A stretch of 39,543 nt of DNA, from contig CALRCL010000004.1 in the NCBI GenBank assembly GCA_943354575.1, forward strand, positions 1 to 39,543, in the 5' to 3' direction. Source of the stretch: Patescibacteria group bacterium UBA4664 (GTDB lineage Bacteria; Patescibacteriota; Saccharimonadia; CAILAD01; BJGX01). The notes beneath the pieces were generated by a model. It was not told the origin of the DNA and made no database searches. It was given only the letters and a program-made list of their open reading frames with translations. A program made the translations under genes and the position numbers. Below are positions 36,994 to 39,543 of the stretch, in pieces. Each line of letters starts with the position of its first letter. Within the stretch, counting starts at the first letter, position 1.

Positions 36994-38663
36994 AGAGCAC
37001 CCTCAACTTCACTTTTAACCTCAGCGGATTTGTCGGTAGTGTTGGTCCGACCCGTCGGTACTGTCAAATAAAACACCGAACCCGAACCAACCTCACTACT
37101 AAATTTTAGCTGCGAGCCAATCCTAGCAGCCAGTTTAGAGGCGATGTGCAAACCAAGACCCGTACCTTCGGACTCCCTTGTAAGTGGGTCTTCGGAGCGC
37201 CAAAACTTTTCAAAGACTTTTTTCTGCTCAGACTTGGATATTCCTATTCCGGTATCGTTGACAGATATCTGGACCTGACCATCGTTGCTGACATCGGTCA
37301 CGATAGTAACCCCACCCTCGCGGGTGTATTTGATGGCGTTCGATATTAGGTTCTGGATTATTTCTTTAAGGTACAGTTTCGAGGTTGCCACTTTCGGCAA
37401 GTTCGTCTGCGTCTCGAATTTGATATACAATTTTTTGCGCTCGGCTTGGTTGGTAAAGGTAGTTTTGAGCTCATCTAGCACCAGGCCGACATCAAAAAGC
37501 TCAACCTCAAATTTGTCGGTTTCTTTTTCGGCCTTCGATAGTGTCGAGAGGTCATTGACCATTTCTGCCAGTGATATAACTTGGTCATGAGCTTTTTTAA
37601 TCGAACCGACAGTTTGGTTACTCTCACCAAGCTGTTTTTTGGTGGCCATCTCGGCCATCGATATGTTGGCCTCTGCTATCGCAACCGGTGTTCGCAGCTC
37701 GTGGCTTACAACTGCAATAAAATCACTCTGTTCGTCTTCTACTGATTTTTGCTTGGTGATGTCTCTGAGCAAAAAGGTGTAGCCGTTTTCATGAGTTATC
37801 GGGTTGTCGAGCTTGGTACGGTTAATACTAATCTCGAGGCTTATAAGCTCATTGCCAACTTTGGTGTAATAATCCGACACCTTGGACGAGTAGGCGATTG
37901 AGCCCGCGACAGCCATGATATCGACCGGCTTGTTGTTGGCGTCATATAGCTTCAGGTAATCGCCAATGCTGTGGTCCTCGATACTATCGTTGGTATCAAA
38001 TAGCTCCAGCGCGGCAGAGTTATAGACATTTATTTTGCCACTATCATTGATCGCAATCACAGCCTCGGACATACTATTTATTAGTGCCACCAGACGCAAA
38101 TGCTCGTATTCGGCCTTGGCCATCTTGCCAGAAAGACTCTCGCGGTACTGTTTGGTACCAAGAATTATTTTACTAAGAACCAATACGGTGCCTATCATTA
38201 TGGTTAGCCAGGGCAGGGTGCTAATGAGCTTATCGATATTCAGCGGCGCCTGCTGGTAGGCCACACCCACCACGACGACTATCGACATAAATACAATATC
38301 GACCGCAAGACCAACTTTTTGGTAGTAGTAATCATTAAGATAGCCGAGCAATATCCACAGCACTAGGTAATACGAGAGCGTCGGCACTATAGCAATAATC
38401 ACAAAAGCCAGCGCAACGTGATAAGAGCCAAGGTACAGGACATGCCGCTTGGTAAATTCAAGGGCGGGTATAAAGTGCGTAAATGAGAATAGCACCAGCA
38501 CAGCCACAGTTGGCCAGATGAGGTACGGATTTGTGGTGTAGAGCGTCTTGGTAAAGTAGCCGAGCACAATTAGTAGCGCCGTCGCGACCACCAGCGGAGT
38601 GGTGGAGTTGGCATCTATTAGTGAATCTTCAAATTGGCTAAGCTTAAGCTTGTCTTTGTCCAT
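36990..38663 (-). CDS. Sensor histidine kinase (multi-TM N-terminal domain, PAS, HisKA, HATPase_c). No cognate response regulator in the window.
   Basis: 557 aa. About 6 TM. PAS-like LINSMSEAVIAINDSGKINVYNSAA. H-box FIAVVSHELRTPV. N-box NLISNAIKYT. G1 DTGIGI. G2 GTGLGLHIA. Confidence 0.9.
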   Translation of the reverse strand: MDKDKLKLSQFEDSLIDANSTTPLVVATALLIVLGYFTKTLYTTNPYLIWPTVAVLVLFSFTHFIPALEFTKRHVLYLGSYHVALAFVIIAIVPTLSYYLVLWILLGYLNDYYYQKVGLAVDIVFMSIVVVVGVAYQQAPLNIDKLISTLPWLTIMIGTVLVLSKIILGTKQYRESLSGKMAKAEYEHLRLVALINSMSEAVIAINDSGKINVYNSAALELFDTNDSIEDHSIGDYLKLYDANNKPVDIMAVAGSIAYSSKVSDYYTKVGNELISLEISINRTKLDNPITHENGYTFLLRDITKQKSVEDEQSDFIAVVSHELRTPVAIAEANISMAEMATKKQLGESNQTVGSIKKAHDQVISLAEMVNDLSTLSKAEKETDKFEVELFDVGLVLDELKTTFTNQAERKKLYIKFETQTNLPKVATSKLYLKEIIQNLISNAIKYTREGGVTIVTDVSNDGQVQISVNDTGIGISKSEQKKVFEKFWRSEDPLTRESEGTGLGLHIASKLAARIGSQLKFSSEVGSGSVFYLTVPTGRTNTTDKSAEVKSEVEGAL

Positions 38664-38671
38664 ATTTATTT

Positions 38672-38677
38672 ATTATA
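38672..38677 (-). promoter_or_regulatory. -10 element (TATAAT on the minus strand), 8 nt upstream of the kinase ATG
   Basis: Minus-strand reading: ...gttTATAATaaataaatATGgac. No SD and no good -35. Confidence 0.3.
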
Positions 38678-38837
38678 ACTGAAAATGCTTTTGTTTAATA
38701 TCGTATAAAGCGCTAGATGTTTGCACAACCAAAGCCGGACTAAGACTGCGGTATATATATGAAGCGTAAGCCAGCACTCTAAAAACACAATAAAGCCCGC
38801 ATCAACACCTACAAACAGTAACTGCCAATAAATTAGC

Positions 38838-38866
38838 TTGACAATATATATATATATTACTATTGT
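38838..38866 (+). promoter_or_regulatory. Promoter candidate whose spacer is largely an (AT)7 tract
   Basis: TTGACA (38838-38843), 17-nt spacer (atatatatatatat tac), TATTGT (38861-38866). Lies 24 nt upstream of ATG 38890. Confidence 0.4.
38844..38857. repeat. Dinucleotide simple-sequence repeat (AT)7
   Basis: atatatatatatat read directly. It is the longest SSR I saw in the window. A second short (TA)4 tract lies at 38752-38759 in the same intergenic region. Confidence 0.9.
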
Positions 38867-38889
38867 ATACATAAGCTTTAATACTACAA

Positions 38890-39543
38890 ATGCCTAAAAA
38901 ATCAACTACATCCAAAAGGACAAACTCATTTAAAGGGTCAAAAAAGAGACCCCAATGGCAGCTGCCATTACTAGCTGTACTAGTTGCCGCCGCAGTAGGC
39001 TTTGGTATCTTCGTAGTTTTCTTTAGTAAGGCCGGCACTGTGGGGCCACACATGTATATGGCAGCTAGCAACAACACCACAGATGCTACTTTCACACAAT
39101 TTGATTTTGGTATTTTTGGCGACAAATATGTGGCCGGAGACTGGAACAAGGACGGAAAAGACACGCTGGGCGTATATCGCGCAAGCGATGCATCCTTTTA
39201 TCTGACAAATAATAACAGCTCTGCAGGCGTTCCTGGATTCCGGTACGGTGATTTTGGAGATATACCTATTGCCGGCGACTGGAACGGCGATGGGACCACA
39301 ACCGTCGGAGTATATCGCCCAACTACTGGCAAGTTCTATCTCCGCAACTCTAACACCACAGGTAAAGCTGAGGTGGAGACCCTAATGCTTGGAAATTTAT
39401 CAAGTACAACGCCCGACAAAGTACCAATAGCATGCGACTGGAACGGTGACGGCATAACAGATTTGGGACTATTCCGAACATCCACGGCCGAATGGGAAAC
39501 ATTCGCTAGCTATGGCCAGCAAGCTGGAGCACCATGGATAGGA
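38890..39543 (+). CDS. Signal-anchored protein with FG-GAP-like DWNGDG repeats (5' partial; runs off the window)
   Basis: My own translation: MPKKSTTSKRTNSFKGSKKRPQWQLPLLAVLVAAAVGFGIFVVFF... Then three repeats: GDKYVAGDWNKDGKDTLGVYR..FYL, GDIPIAGDWNGDGTTTVGVYR..FYL, DKVPIACDWNGDGITDLGLFR. Open to the window end (218 codons). Confidence 0.75.
   Translation, partial: MPKKSTTSKRTNSFKGSKKRPQWQLPLLAVLVAAAVGFGIFVVFFSKAGTVGPHMYMAASNNTTDATFTQFDFGIFGDKYVAGDWNKDGKDTLGVYRASDASFYLTNNNSSAGVPGFRYGDFGDIPIAGDWNGDGTTTVGVYRPTTGKFYLRNSNTTGKAEVETLMLGNLSSTTPDKVPIACDWNGDGITDLGLFRTSTAEWETFASYGQQAGAPWIG

Noticed and set aside
38802-39164. 120-aa minus-strand ORF, and the 68-aa ORF at 38666-38872
   Set aside because: The first is antisense to the clearly repeat-structured DWNGDG protein gene. 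The second lies in the AT-rich divergent promoter region. Neither has an SD or a recognisable motif.

Overview
This 39.5-kb window is almost entirely coding. It holds the transcription/translation core of a small, compact bacterial genome. In order it contains: the 3' part of tRNA-Leu(TAG), a 450-nt non-coding stretch with a long hairpin, tig, clpP, rpoB-rpoC, rpsL-rpsG, fusA, tuf and rpsJ. An ABC-F ATPase plus a DUF4870-like membrane protein cassette then interrupts the S10 cluster. After it come rplC through rplO-secY, and infA-rpmJ-rpsM-rpsK-rpsD-rpoA-rplQ-rplM-rpsI. Downstream are an RCK-domain channel-like protein, an RluA-family pseudouridine synthase, a holB-like gene, a TPR protein and a tRNA Thr-Tyr-Thr cluster. 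The window ends with a small envelope/accessory region: a PspC-domain protein, a CruF/DUF422-like membrane protein, a polytopic membrane protein, an orphan PAS histidine kinase and the 5' part of a DWNGDG (FG-GAP-like) repeat protein. The genetic code is standard (TGA is used as a stop). There is no L30 gene between rpsE and rplO, no adk/map after secY, and many genes overlap by 1 or 4 nt. This fits a Patescibacteria/CPR (Saccharibacteria-like) genome, but the lineage is an inference. I saw no CRISPR array, transposase, integrase or rRNA. The most notable observations are: (1) EF-G with non-canonical base-recognition motifs (NKIN instead of NKxD, and no SAx G5 box); (2) the ABC-F/DUF4870 cassette splitting rpsJ from rplC, with a new consensus promoter and structured leader for rplC; (3) a roughly 100-nt rod-like hairpin flanked by 12-nt direct repeats upstream of tig; (4) an (AT)7 tract forming the spacer of a promoter-like element upstream of a putative surface repeat protein; (5) resistance-type residues in S12 (K42R equivalent) and RpoB (N at E. 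coli position 531). All promoter, terminator and RNA-structure calls come from reading the sequence by eye and need computational or experimental confirmation.
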